Shown here piece after piece: positions 44,701 to 59,700 of a stretch of 64,000 bases of DNA. Origin of the DNA: Syntrophales bacterium (GTDB lineage: Bacteria; Desulfobacterota; Syntrophia; Syntrophales; UBA2210); NCBI GenBank assembly GCA_963666365.2, contig CAXXNF010000002.1, positions 32,001 to 96,000 on the forward strand, given 5' to 3'. The position numbers and the translations under genes were made by a program. The notes under the pieces are model-generated. The model saw nothing but the letters and a program-made list of their open reading frames with translations, did no database searches and had not been told where the DNA came from. Each line of letters opens with the position of its first letter. The first letter of the stretch is position 1.

Positions 44701-47700
44701 TTCGGCAGGCGCCGGCGGAATTAATCTTCTCAATAGCGGTGAAGTGACGATTGGAACTGTCTCCTTCGGTGCGGATTCCCTGAGCGGTCTTGTCACCTCG
44801 CTCAACGGAAGCATCGTTCTCAGAACCCTGGATGGCGGCATTACCGTGGGAACCGGCGGGGTGAGCGCCGACGGGATGGGAAATATTCTGCTTCAGGCGC
44901 AGAGTAACGGGGCCGAGGCCGATCTCGTTCTGAACGCGGCGGTGGAAAGCGACTCCGGTGTCATTTCGCTCCTGGGCGCCCGCAATGTGATCCAAAATGC
45001 CGCGGTGACCACAGCGGGGACGGGGACCATCGATGTCCGGGCCGGGACAGGTGCCGTTACCATGGCCGACGGGATCACGAGCAGCACCGGCGGGGGCAAT
45101 ATACGGTACCGGGCCGCCGGAAATATTACGGTTGGCGTCCTTAATGCCGGTGCCGGGAAAGTGAGCCTCCTGTCCGACAGCGGTTCGGTCCTGGACGGCG
45201 GCGATACAGGCGGCGCCGATATCACGGCGGGCCACATCCGCTTCAATGCCGGTACGGGAGTCGGTCTACTGGGTCTCGTGTCGAATGCGCTCGAGATTGC
45301 AGCAGGCACGGTCAGCGCCTCATCCGGATCAGGGGGGATCAATCTGAATGTAACCGGCGATGTGATCGTTGACGCGGTAGCCGTCAGTCTTTCCAGGGTC
45401 AAGAACGATGGAACGCTTCCGATAGCAACGGATCTCAACGATAATTCCCAGAGCGATTTGACGACAGCCTCGAGCGGCGGGATCGTGCTTGTTTCCACCG
45501 GCATGGTCACGCTCAATGACGGTGACAACGATTATCTTGCCATCAGCGCCCATACCACCGGGAACATACTGGTTCAGGCGGGCGCAGGTATCACGATCAA
45601 TAGCGGGATTTCCACGGGGAGCGGCGCGATTTCGATCATTTCGACCACCGGCACTATTACACAGGGGAGCGGCTCGCTTATTTCCACCACCGGGGCAAGC
45701 ATTGATATGGAGGCCACGGCCGGGGCCGTCGCGATGACCGACGGTTCGCGGGTGCTGAGCACCGGGGCGGGAGATGTGCGTGTCAAGGCCGCGGGCGATA
45801 TTGCACTGAGCCGCATCAATGCCGGGACCGGTAACGCAAGTCTCATTTCCGGCACGGGAAGCATCCTGGACAACGGCGACACCCATGTGGATGTGGCGGC
45901 TGCCGGTCTGAGAATTCAGGCGGGCGGGAGTGTCGGTGAATTGGGCTCCGGAATGGGGGCGGTCGAGACGACCGTCGGCACGATGAGCGTCCTGGCGGGT
46001 GCCGGCGGCATCAGCCTCTATGAAACGGACGATATAGTCATCGGCGCGGTGGCGGCCGGTGTGAAGAGGGTGACAGCGGCGGGAACCGTTGCAGCGCTGC
46101 CTGATGTAAACGATGAAGCCCTGAGTGATTTGACGGCTGCCACGGCGATTGTCCTCAGGACCTATGACGGGTCCGTCACCATTACCGATGGCGCCGATAC
46201 CGAGGTCGATGCGGGCTTCGGTAGAGGGGTGGTGTCACTCGGTGCAGGCAACATCCTGATCAGCGCCGGTGACAAGGACAGCCCGGCCACCAGTGATGTA
46301 ACGGTCAGCGCTGGTGTAATCAGCGCAGGCGGTGCGATTTCAATACTTGCCGCAGACGGTATCGTCCAGGCCGCCATGATCGCCACCGCCGGAGCGAGCA
46401 TCGATGTACATGCCCTAGCGGGCAGTATCACCATGGAAACGACAGCGTCTGCGATGAGCACCGGTGCGGGGAATGTACGCTATGCGGCAGGAACGGCTGT
46501 GCTGATAGGAATCATAGGTGCCGGTACCGGTAATATAGATATTGTGGCGACTGCGGGAAGCATAACCCGTATCAGCTCAGGCATCCTCACAGGCCAGGGA
46601 TTGCGTTTGCATGCGGGAATCAGCATTGGAGAACCGGAGAATACCGGGAACGGTGCCCTGGTGATGTCCGTTTCCACGGTGAGCGCTTCTTCCGGTGCGG
46701 GCGGGATATATCTTGCACAGACAGCGGCGGCTGAAGGAGACCCCGTGCCGGTGCTGACGGTCAGCGCGGTGATCGCGTCGGTTACACGGGTGACTGAGAC
46801 CGGCGCAACTACGCCCGTGACCAGCGGGACGTTGAGCGATCTGACAGCTACCAGCGGGGGCAGCATTTCACTTCAGGCGGGAGGCGCCCTGACGCTGAGC
46901 GACGGCGCCGACGGCGATGCCATCGCGGTGAAAACCGACGGGGACGGGATGATAACGATTATCGCTACCGGCGCTATCACTATCGAGGCTGCCGTTGAAA
47001 GTGATGCCGGCAGCATTGTCATCCTGAGTGTGGAATCGGCCATCGTACAAAATGCAAACGGTGATATTGTCAGTAGGGCGGGAACGATTACAGTGGCCGC
47101 AACGGCCTCGATTACCATGGATCCGGGCGCTTCCGCCACAGCATCAGGCGAAGGCGATATACGATATATGGCCGACGGGAGCATTATCGTCGGATCGATG
47201 GATGCCGGCACCGGGGATGCGAGCATTGTTTCAGTGTCCGGTGACATTCTGGATAATGCCGATGTGTCCGGGATAGTCAGCGCCACCGCGCTTCGTCTGG
47301 AAGCGGCAATGGGAATCGGGCAGCCGACGGATGCGGGCAACGGGCTTATTGAAATCGATGCGGCCACCCTTGCGGCATTGAGCGGCGTCGGCGGAATATA
47401 TCTTGCCGAGGCCGTTGATATCGTTACAGGAACGGCGCCCGCGGTATTCAGCGCCGAAGAAGTGGTTCCTTCCGGTCTAATCGAATATGTGCTGTCGGCG
47501 CTGGGTATCGATGAGAGTGCGGCGGCCCATTATCTGTCCGTCCTGGGTGATATAGAAACGCTGGGTGCGCTGGTGCTGACGGTGGCGGGAACGGTGCTCT
47601 TCAATGACGGGGATGGGGACGATCTGGCGATTGAGGCTGGCGGCCTGATTCATATCAGCCACACAGGCACCGCTACGGTACAATCAGGGATTCAGGGCGG

Positions 47701-50700
47701 TGCAGTGGAGTTCACCGGTGACGGAGAACTGGTCATCAATGCCGATATTACCGGGGCCGCCGGCGTCGCCTTCAAAGGCACGGGCGCCATTTCACTGGGT
47801 GCTGATGTGACGGCGCTTACGCCGGCTGCGGTGATATTCGTCGACACGGCGGCGATCACACTGACGGATGATGTGTCGCTGACCACCAATGCCGGCATGG
47901 TGACCCTGGACGAGGTGCTGACTGACGCAGCCGGGGACCATGTGCTGACGATTATGGTCGGGGATGTGCTGTTCAAGGACAATGTGGGCCTTGATGACGC
48001 CGCTGTGGGCGGTGTGGCAATCACCTCTTCCGGCGATGTGACCTTCATCGATCCTTCGGCCGGTACTGTCGATGTAAACATGCTCACGATTGCGGCTGCA
48101 GGCGCGGTGACCTTCAATGCCGATGTCGATGTGACCGGGCCGGTTTCCCTTACATGTGAGACGCTCAATCTGAACGCACCGCTGAACGCCGGTGGTGCCG
48201 CGGGATCGGTAACCGTGACGAACGGTGCGACGGCCGTCATCAACGGCGGGATCACATCGACGGGCATCGTACGGTTTAACGGTGTAGGGCCGGTGGAACT
48301 GGGCGCCGATATTTCCGTCACAGGACTCGGGGCGGGTGTGGTGATCTCCGACTCTGTGCTGCTGCTGACGGGCGACCGACGCATTGCGACGAACAGCGGC
48401 TCGATTACACTGGATGAAATAGCGACGGACACCGCCCTGGATCATGTGCTGACCCTTGCGGCTGGCTCGGGGGCCCTTACTTTAGACGACAATGCCGGTG
48501 TTGAAGAAACTGCGCTGGGCGGATTGACGATTGAAAGTGCCGGAACGGTGCGGTTCGTCGGCGCCGATGCCGCCATAGACGCGATGGTTCTGGATATTTC
48601 CTGTACGGGAGAGACGCGTTTCGACGGGGTGCTTCGCCTGGGCAGTGCCGACGTGACCACCGGCACACTGGCGCTGAACGCCGCCCTGACAGCAACAGGG
48701 GCGGTCACCGTCACCAACGCCGGACAGGCAGACATGAGCGCGCCGATTACGGCTGGGAGCACTTTATGGGTCAAAGGTCCCGGTACGGTCAACCTCGGGG
48801 CCGATGTGACGGTAATCAATGCCGGTGATTTTGATCTTTTTGCACCTCTGGTGCTGACCGCCGATGTGGCGATATCAACCGCTCTCGGCACCGGATCAGT
48901 GTACCTGCGCGATAGGGTGGACAGCGACGGCGAAGAGCCCGGATGCCGGCTGCTGACGATCGCTGCAAATGCCGAAACTGGAACAATCTCCTTCGCTGAC
49001 GCGGTTGGAGCCGTGGCGCCCCTCGGGGTGATCGTAGTATCGGCGTCCCATGTGGATTTTGCCGGGGCCGTGACTGCCTGCGGCGCGGGAATTGACGTGA
49101 CCACTGGAACGGCTCATTTCGGAGGCCCTGTTGCCACGACTGATGGTGGCACCGTCAGCATCACGAATACCGATGCAGTGACCATCGCCCTATCGGCGCC
49201 CTTCAGCCTTGACGGCGCCTTTACCCAGGTTGGCCCGGGGTCTGTAACCATTGCCGGGTCGATCAGGACCACCGCAGATCCGATAACCTTTGCCGGTGCG
49301 GTCACCTTGAGCGGTCCCGTAACCCTGGATACGGGAGATGGCGGCGATATCGGCTTCGGCGCTGCAATCGGCGGCGGCCATGGTTTGACCATCGATGCGG
49401 GAATGGGTGCGGTCGGTTTCGGCGGCGCCCTGGGCAGTCCGGCAAAAATTACCGGACTTGACGTGACCGGCGGCGATATTGCCTTTATCGGTCCGGTACA
49501 GACGATGTCCGGCGGGGCGGTTTCGATTCAAAACAGCGGAATTCTTGACATCGGCGCCGCAGCCGCAATGACCCTGGACGGACCGTTCACCCAGAGCGGC
49601 GGAGGAACCGTTCGTGCGGGCGCCAATATCGTGACTACAGGCGATGACATCACGTTCAGCGGAACGACTGCACTCGAAGGCGATATAACACTCACCAGCG
49701 CCGGTGGCTCGGTGGCCCTTTCCGGCATTGCCACTGACACGACCGGAACCCGATCCCTGATGGTCAATGCCGGCTCTGGTTCCGTAATCTTCAATGGTGC
49801 TGTGGGCAGTGCAGCCGTGCCCATTGGGCTCCTGCGGGTTGATCGCGCGGGCGCAATCACCGTGAATGAAAATGCCTCGATGTGGACTGCCGGTATCATA
49901 GATTTCAACGCCTATGGTACTATTCTTGTGGGGGCCCCGATGCTAGGCGCCGGCGGCATTGCGCTGCGGGCGGGTACCGGTGCCGCGGAGACAGGCGCCA
50001 TAATAGTGGAAGTGCAGGATCCAAACTACGCCCTCAAGACGAGCGACGAGGGGGGGGACATTGTGCTGTATGCCGGAGACGCGACAGGCGACGTGACCCT
50101 CAGCGGCAACGTACTCGCTGTCGATCGTGTAACCGTCAGCGCACCGGGCGGCGCCATCGCGCAATACGCCGGTGTCCTGTCGGGATCGGCAGTGGGGCTG
50201 GAAGCGGCAGGCGCGATTACCGGGCTGGATGGAGAACATCAGGAGGTGTTTTTTGCGACCTCTACCGCGCTGATCGATGCGCAGAGCTTCGGCGCCGGCA
50301 ATCTTGTGATCCGTAATGTGCCCTGGGGAGTCACCGGCGATCTGGAGATTGGATCGCTTGCCACGCTGGGCGGCGACATCCGGCTGGAACAGTTCTATCG
50401 CGAGACTGGTGGTACGACAACGGTGACCGGCAATGTAACCTCGGGAAGCCAGGATGCCGCTGTGGACGGCGGTTCGATTACCATCATGGGTCCGAACGGA
50501 CTGGTGATTCAGGCGGAGATCAGCACCTCAGGCGGTATCGGTGGATCGGTGACGATCGCAGCTAATGTAAATACGGACTCGCCCAATGCCAGGATCGTTT
50601 TAGGCGCCGGGGACGTGTACCTCTCGGGGGACGAGAGCAGTGATGTGCTCATTGTGTCGGAGAATATTCGTCAGGCCGAGTCAATCCTGTATACCCATAC

Positions 50701-53700
50701 AGGTGACATCATAATCAGGGCGATTGCGGAAACTACTGAGGCGGGCTCGGACATTACCCTTATCGCCGACACTGACGGCGATGGCCGGGGCGGTGTCATC
50801 GTCGAAGCAGCGGGATTCCTGAAATCCGGAGGGAACATCGTCATTGCCGGTTCGGACTGCATTACCACGGCGGAAAGTACCGACAGCGTCGTGATCCGGA
50901 ATGACGGCGCGCTGAATCAGCTCGAGGCCGCAGGCGGTATCCTTATCGAGAGCGGCGTTGCTGCGCCCGAAGCCGCGATAGTGCAGATCGAGGGGAAAAT
51001 CCTGGCGACCGGAACGGCAGGGATTATTGTCTATACCTTCGGAGAAACCCTCACCGCGACCACGATTGCGGCCCGGGGCGGTGATGTGGAATTTGCAGGA
51101 CCGGTTCTTCTTTCGGGCGCGACGACCGTCACTACGGAGAACCCCGGCGGCGACGAGGGAACCGTCTTCTTCTGCGATGCCGTGACGGGAACGGGGGCGC
51201 TGTCGGTGTACACCGGCGCCGGCAACGCAGAATTCGAAGATATCGTGGGTGCCGAGGGGGCCTATCCTTCCTCGCTCTACGTAGAAACGACCGATCTGAC
51301 CCTTCGTGCCGCGGTGAAGGTGAACGGCCCGATCAGCCTGATCGTCGCGGGCGAGCCGAGACTGGGTCCCTACCTGGCGACCGTGGGCAGGGGCGATATC
51401 ATGATCCGTGCTCCAGCCTGCGTCACGCTCCCGGTGCTCAGGGCCGCCAATGGGAAGATTGACATAGAGGCGGGTGAAACCATTACTGCCCACGATGTCC
51501 TGTCGCAGGCCGGGAGTACCGCAAATGCCGTGCAGCTGGTGAGCCTTTCCGGAAATATCCTGGTGGGGGTTATTGACGGTGGCGCCTATGGTCTCGTTAC
51601 GCTCCGTGCGTTGCAGGGGGTGGTGGCAGACGATTCGGAAGGTGAGGAGTTCAATATACGGGCGGGCAGTCTTGTCATCGAGGCGATGGCAGCAGGAGTG
51701 TTTCCCGGAATTGACGATCTTGACATCGCTGTCGGCCGGTTGAATGTAACCACTGCCGGCATCCCTGGAAACATTGCCCTTACCCAGACGGTTTCAGCCG
51801 GGGATTTGATTGTCGAAGCGATTCATGTGACGGGGCAGAATAATCCAGGTTCAGTCTACCTGGTCTCCGAAGGCGGGTCCATCACGGTCGCGCAGACCGG
51901 AAGCGGCGTTGCGGTAGAAGGGCCGGGTCATGTGCTGATCGAAAGTGAAGGTGCCGGAGTCGCTTTGAACGGCGCCGTCGCACTGGCCGGTGGTTCCCTG
52001 TCCTTGAGGGCCGCGGGAGATGTGGCGCTCGGAACCGCCGTGTCAATAACCGTTGCCGATACCGCCACAGTGCAGTTCGAAGCCGTCTCGGGCGGGATCA
52101 CCATGGCCGGTGATGCATGCATTGCCGCGCAGTCAGGCAATATTCACCTGCAGGCCGCGGGAGATATCCTCGTATCGTCCATCGAAACCACCGGCGTAGT
52201 AAGCATCACTTCGAGTTCCGGTTCGGTGCTGGGCGCCGGGGCGTTTCCCGCACACGTGATCGCCGGCGTCCTTGCCATCCGCGCGGGGAACGGCATCGGT
52301 ATCCTCGGGGAGAGCGCGGCACCTTTCAGGATGTCCGTCGATAATGTCGCTGCGCTGTCGGGCCCCGGAGGGATCAACCTTCTCGAAGCAGACAGCCTTC
52401 AGGTGACGAAGGTTCCGGCGGTATTCGTGAACGCCGTATACCGCGATGGCACGGTGGCGCCCCTGGGAGATGGGGAATTCCTGTCGGGATTGAATTCGCC
52501 GGGTCCGGCCGCCATTGTGCTGAGAAGTGCCACCGGCGATATTCATGTACTCAGGGAGATTGCCGTCGGCGGCGCCGGCAACGTACTGCTCCAGACCGAT
52601 GGGACCGACTCCCGTATTGTACTGACGAGCGGTGTTCTCTCTAACAGCGGTGACATTTCGATTCTGTCGGCCGGTGGCGTATTCCAGGGCGCCACTGTGG
52701 CTGAAGGGGGGTCCGTGGCAGTGACCGCCGGCATGCTTCGCTATGTCGACGGAGACAACAGCGACGCCGAGCTTGTCTTTACGCTGACGACGGCGCCTGT
52801 GCACGGCCTTATTACTCTGAGTGGGACAGGGCTCGTCCAGGGTGATGCCTTTACCCAGGCGGACATAGACAACGAGTTGCTGGGGTATACCCACGACGGA
52901 AGCGAAACCGCGACGGATATGTGCGGCTTCAGTGTCGATGACGGCCTGGGGGGTGCGACCGAGGGTTCGCTGACCTTCTTCATCGATCCGGTGAACGACA
53001 GCCCGGAAAACTTCGTGCCGTCCACTTCCGAAAGCGAAAGACTCACCACCAGTCAAGGCGTGAATATCCTCTTCACCGGCGCGCTCGGCATCAGTGTTGC
53101 CGACCCCGATGCCGGGATCGCGCCTATTCTGTGCGAGATCGAGATCACACCTCCCGAAGGGGCAGCAATCATTTCCGTGGTGACGGCCGATGGTGTTGAA
53201 GCCGTCGGGAACGGGACCACCCGTTTGATCCTGACCGGTCCGATCGACGCGGTAAGTGAAACACTGGCCACTCTTGTCTATGAGATTCTCGATGGATCGG
53301 CATTCTACACGGACACCATGACGATTACCACTGACGACAACGGCTTCTACGGTCGCGGCGGCGCTCTCATAGCCGTATCCACCGTCCATATCAAGGTGAA
53401 TGCGGCGCCGGTTCTCGCACACAATGAAGGCCTTACAGTGAATGAAGGAGCTTCCGCCACGATCGGCGGGGATCTGCTGCAGGTGGTCGATCCTGACAGT
53501 GTTCCGGATTTTGTCATGGTAACCGGTCCCGCCTGCGGTATCCTTTCGCTGGACGGCACGGCACTCGCAGCAGGCGATGTCTTCACGCAGGCAAACATCG
53601 ATGCGGGACGCCTGATCTATACCCATGACGGCTCGGAAACAACCTCCGACGGGTTCACGTTTACGATTACGGACGGCGACGGCGGCGTCATTCCCGAGAC

Positions 53701-56700
53701 GGTCTTTACTATTGCGGTAATCCCGGTGAACAATCCTCCGGTACTGACCGCACCGGCTCGCTTCATCGTGAATTTCCCCGACGATCCGCTGGATCCGGTT
53801 GTCCTTCCGATTGAAGGCCTGTCCGTTTCAGATGTCGATGTCGCGGCCGGCGATCCTTCAGTGCTGCATCTGACCATCCAGGGCGCGGGCGTCCTGCGTG
53901 TGGGCCCAGGCGGAACCGACGGTATTGTCATCATGGGGAATGAGAGCGGCGATGTGACGCTGAGCGGCGGTTTTGCCCAGTTGAGTCAGTGGCTCTCCGC
54001 GCTTTCCGGCGATTCGAGCCTTGAATTCCTGTGGAAAGAGCAGACCTACGGGGCCGCGGCGATGACGGTGTCCTTCTCCGATGGCGAGGGTGCGGACGAT
54101 GCCTGCGAAACACAGATCCCGATCAAGATCAATGCCGTACCTCACGTGGTGAATGTGGGTATGACAATCGCCGGTGGAACGCGGGTGGTGATCACCGAAG
54201 ATCACCTGAGATACGCCGATGAGGATAATAGGGCCGATGAGCTCCTTTTCACCATCGAAAGTCTCCCCGTCAAGGGAATCCTCCTTATCGGCGGCCGGAG
54301 CGCTGTGGTGGGCGATGTCTTCAGTCAGGCCAATCTTGATGCGTTTAAGGGTGAAACCGGTCTGGTCTATGCGGGCTCGGGAGAAACGGCCGCCCAGGAT
54401 CAGGATGGATTCAGTTATTCCGTTTCGGACGGTGACGGGGGCGACCTGTCCGGCAGAGGGTTCACGATCCTTATACAGGATACGCAGTCGACGCCCGTAA
54501 TTCATGTGCCCGCGCCAATCATCGTCAATGAGGGCCTGACTGTCAGCCTCGCGGGAGTGTCCGCCGATGCAACGGGAACGGCGATGTACGGGACCCTGTC
54601 TCTGTCTGAGGGAAGTGCAGGCCTGATGTCCTTCGGCGGCGGCGACCCGTGGACCGCGCAGAAGACCATTACGGGAAGCCTTGTGGATATCAACACCGCC
54701 CTTGCCGGACTGTCCTATCGTGCGGGCGTCGACGCGGGCCCCTGCGAGGATACGGTGGTGATTACGCTTCAGTCCGGGACGCTCACGGCGGAGGCAAGAA
54801 TTGCGATTACTGTAAACGACATTCCCATGCTTGCCGTGAATGCGGGGCTTACAGTGTATGAAGGTGCGTCCGCAGTCATTACTTCTGAGTTTCTCAGGAC
54901 CGTGCAGGGAGAGGATTCTCCGCTGACCTATACTCTTGTGACGGTACCGGTAAACGGTGTGTTGAAGATTGAAGGAGTTATACTGTCGGCTGGAATGACC
55001 TTTACTCAGGCCCAGATCGATGCCGGTCTCCTCGTCTATGTCCACGGCGGTGGTGAGAACGTCACCGATGGATTTACCTTTACCGTCTCCGACGGCCTCG
55101 GCGGCGATATCGGCGCTACAGCCTTCGATATCGTGGTGATCCCGGTAAACAACCCCCCCGTAGTGCACGTGCCGGGCGACATACTGGTCAACGAAGGCAC
55201 AACGACACTGATCGGTGGTATATCGGTGACCGATTCTGATGCCTTCGGCACGGATGCCTTTATTGCAGGTCTGGCACTGGCAGAGGGGAGCGCCGGGCAT
55301 CTCTGGATGGTATCCATGGGGAACGCCGTGGTCACGGGAAAGTATTCTTCATCGGTGATGATCACCGGTACCCTGGATGATATCAACGCGACACTGGCGA
55401 CGTTACGCTATGTCACCCCCTTCGGTGCATACGATAGGCCCTTTACCGATGTAGTCACGGTAATCGCGAACGACCTGGGACATAACGGAGAAGGGGGACC
55501 GAAAGAGGGCACTGCGGCAATAGCCGTTACGGTGAATCACATTCCGGAAGTGGCTATCAATACCGGCGCATCGCTGAGTCAACTGGATTCGATGACAGTG
55601 ACGTCGGCGATGCTTCGTGTGATAGATGTGGATGCCGTACCCGATGCGCTTGTATTTACGATTACCGCCATCATGAAGGGAGTGCTGGCAAGGAACGGCA
55701 GTGCCTGTGCGACGGGCGAAACTTTCACCCAGGCCGACATCGATGCCGGGCTCATCAGCTTTACCCATGACGGAAGCCCGGGTTCGGAAGGCGGCTTTAC
55801 CTTCACGGTGTCCGACGGCAGAGGCGGCCTGGTTTCCGAGACCTCCTTCGCGATAACGATCACGGACAACACGCTTCCCTGGGTTGCGTCGAACACCGGA
55901 GGCGCGGTGCTTGAAGGCGGGACGCTTGATCTGACGCAGGCGGCGCTGGAGATAAAAGATCTGGAGCAGGGGCCCGCGCTGCTGGTCTTCACGATGATCG
56001 GGACATCCAGCGGGTATGTCGAGCGTGACGGCGTGACGCTTTTTGCAGGGGATTCCTTCACGCAGGCCGATGTGAACGGCGGCCTGGTGCGGTTCGTTCA
56101 TGACGGCAGACAGGATTCAGAAACCGGGTTTTCCGCATCGGTGAGCGACGGAGCCGGAGGCGCGATTGCAGCGGTTGAATTTTCAATTCAGGTTACATCG
56201 GTGGCGTATAAGACTCAGGCGGGAGCGACTTCACTGGCCGTCTCCGGCGTCACGATTCCCGATCCGGGAGGCGCCTCTGCACAGGTGACGGTGACGCTGG
56301 CGCTCTCTGTCGCAGATACAGTGGCGACGTTGCGCGTCGGTGCGGTGAGCGGCGTAACCATTTCCGGGAACAACACTGCAGTGATCGTGATGACCGGTAC
56401 GCTGGCCGATGTCAACCAGGCCATGACGACCCTCGAAATCAGACCCAGGGTCGGTGTCGGCGCCTGCTGCGGTCATATCGCGATCGAAGCCGACAACGGC
56501 GCGGTGTGGAATGATAATGTATATTTCAAGTTCAACGCAACGCCGGAGTCGGCGGCAGCCGGGACCCTTTCCGTGGATGAAAGCGGAGCGGCGATCCTGG
56601 GGCAGGATGTCCTGCGCACCACTGACAGGGACAACAACCGCTACGAACTGGCCTATACCGTTCTTACTGCGCCTCTGCAGGGCACACTGCTGTACGCCGG

Positions 56701-59700
56701 TTTCACACCGCTGACGGCCGGGGGCGCCTTTACGCAGGCCGACGTGGACAATGGACTCATAAGCTATGTCCACGGCGGGAGTGAAAGCACACTGACCGAC
56801 GGGATTGCGCTCACGGTATCCGACGGCGACGGCGGATCGATCCCCTCGCTTGCACTGCAGATAGCGATTGCGCCGGTGAACAATCCGCCGGTACTGAATG
56901 TGCCCGATACGACGGCGTCGCCTTTGTTAACGAATGTGGGTGTACCTTGTGCCGTACAGGGGATCGTCATAATCGATCGTGATGCGGGGGACGGTACGAT
57001 TACGCTCACGGCGAGTCTCGCTTCGGCCGATCCCGACAGGGCCTTCCTGACGGTTCAGCCGGCGGGAAGCGCCGCGGTCGAGGGACAGGGGACCTGGATC
57101 GTAAAGATTACCGGCCCGCTGGCGGATGTGCAGTGGACAGTGGCCAGTCTGTTGTATACGCCCGTTGCGGATGCGGGATATTTCAATGATGAGATCACTG
57201 TTCTGGTCGAGGATAACGGCAATGTCGGATCGGGCGGTTCGCAGTCGGCCACGGCGTCGATCCGTGTGCAGGTAAACGATGTGCCAGCGCCGTTCAACGG
57301 GATCACGGTAGCGCGGATTGTCACCGGCGGCGGCGCCATTGACGTGGAAGCGGGCAACGGTTCGATCACGATGGCCGCCGGCGCGCTGGTTTCCAGCAGC
57401 GGCGTCTCTCCCGAAGGAATACCGATCGAAGGTGCAGGCGGCGATATCAGACTTGTGGCGCTCACGGATGGGGTACTGGGATGGGTGCATGCGGGGTCCG
57501 GTTCGGTAAGCCTTACCGCGACGGAGGGAAGCATTCTGAACGGCGCCGTTCGGTACGACAGAATATTCGACAGACCCGTCGTGGACACTGAGTGGCGTTC
57601 AAATATGTCGGCCTCTGCTGCCGTAATGAATGCCGGCATCGGCATCGGCGTCATGGGTGATATTTCGAGCATCCTTTACGCTCCTGATCCGGTGCTGACC
57701 TCAATCGGCACAGTGGCCGCCCACGCAGGGGAAGGTGGGATCAACATCCTCGAAAAAGACGACGTAACCGTCGACGATGTCACAACGACCATCGAACGGG
57801 TGCTTCCCGATGGCACAGTCAACGAAATTATCGGCGTCATGCAGTCCGATCTGGTGACGAGCAGTAACGGCGCCATCGTCCTGCGTACCGACGCAGGCGA
57901 CATCACGCTTAATGATGGTGTGGCGGTGGCTGACAACACCGCGGTGCGGGCGGATGGAATGGGTAACGTTCTGGTTGAAACGGTGGGCGCTGGTACGAAT
58001 AGTATCGCCAATGCGGACATGATTTCCGGCATCGGTCATATTACGATGACGGCGGCAGCCAGTGTGACCTTTACGGGTGCGGCCGGTATTTCCACGGGAG
58101 GCACCGGCACAATCTTTGTAAACGCTCTTTCCGGAAGCGTGACGATGGCCGATGGAAGCCGGTTCATGGCGGTGTCCGGTGATATCCGTGTCTGTGCAGA
58201 AGAGGGGATCGCGCTGGGCGGCATCGTGACGACGGCGGGGGTTTCGCTGATCGCGACCACTGGTTCCATCACTGACGGAGGTGAAACCGTTATCGACGTG
58301 ACCGCCGATACAGCGAGAATGAATGCCGGCGTCGGCATCGGAACCGCCTCAGATCACATTGAAATGGCGATTGCAATAGTCTCCGCCCGCGCGGCATCGG
58401 GTGGGATCTTCGTTCTTGAAAACGACACCATGATCGTTGAGAGCGCCGATGCGACGATCCAAAAGGTGCGCATAGACGGCGGTGTTACTCCGATCACGGA
58501 CGCGCCGCAGCGCGATGTCGTGACCACCTCCGGTGACGGTTCCATCGTACTGACGGCGACCCTGGGCGACATCACCCTGAACGACGGCGACGGGAACGGC
58601 ACGGCAGTGAGTGCGAACGGTACAGGCAACATCCTGCTTCAGGCCCTTGCCGGCGCAATCACGGCGAATGCCGACATCCTTTCCGGGACGGGCCACATCA
58701 CGATCAAGGCGGCCCAGGGCATCAGCCTGAGCGCCGATGTGGACGTGACGACGGCATCGCCGGGTACGGTATCGTTCACCACCGGCGACGACCTGAGTAT
58801 GACAGGAAGCGCGACCGTCACGGCCACGGGGAGCGCGGTCCGACTGAGCGCGACGGGTGACCTCACCGTGGGTAACCTCACGGCGACCGACGTATCGCTG
58901 ATATCGGGCGGGGCCCTCATCAACGCGGCCGATTCAGTAACGAACGTGACGGCGGCGCAGCTTCGGATCGCGGCAGCGGGATCGATCGGGACGGCGGCCC
59001 GTCACCTGACGACGGATATCGACACAGTCAGCGCCCAGTCCGAGACGGGGAGCATCTACATAACGGAAGACGACGGCGCGACCGTTGACGGCGTGAGCGT
59101 CACCGTGACGGAGTACCACGCCGACGGGACCACGACGGCCGTGACCGATGCGGTGCAGGCGGACCTGACGACGGAAGCCGACGGCAGCATCGTGCTGGTT
59201 GCGACGGCGGGTGCTCTTACCCTCAATGACGGCGACGGAAACGGCACGGCAGTGAGCGCGAACGGTGCAGGGAACATCCTGCTTCAGGCCCTGGCGGGTG
59301 CACTCACGGCGAACGCCGACATCCTTTCCGGGACGGGTCACATCACGATCAAGGCGGCCCAGGACATCAGCCTGAACGCCGACGTGGACGTGACGACGGC
59401 ATCGCCGGGGACGGCATCACTCACCACCGGTGGCGCCCTGAGTATGACAGGAAGCGCGACCGTCACGGCCGCGGGAAGCGCGGTCCGACTGAGCGCGACG
59501 GGTGACCTCACCGTGGGTAACCTCACGGCGACCGACGTATCGCTGATATCGGGCGGGGCCCTCATCAACGCCGCCGATTCCACAAAGAACGTAACGGCGA
59601 CGCACCTGCGCATCGAGTCGACGGGTTCGGTCGGTGCGGCAGACAGGCACGTGACGACGCACATCGACGTGTTCAGTGTCCAGTCGTCGACGGGCGGCAT

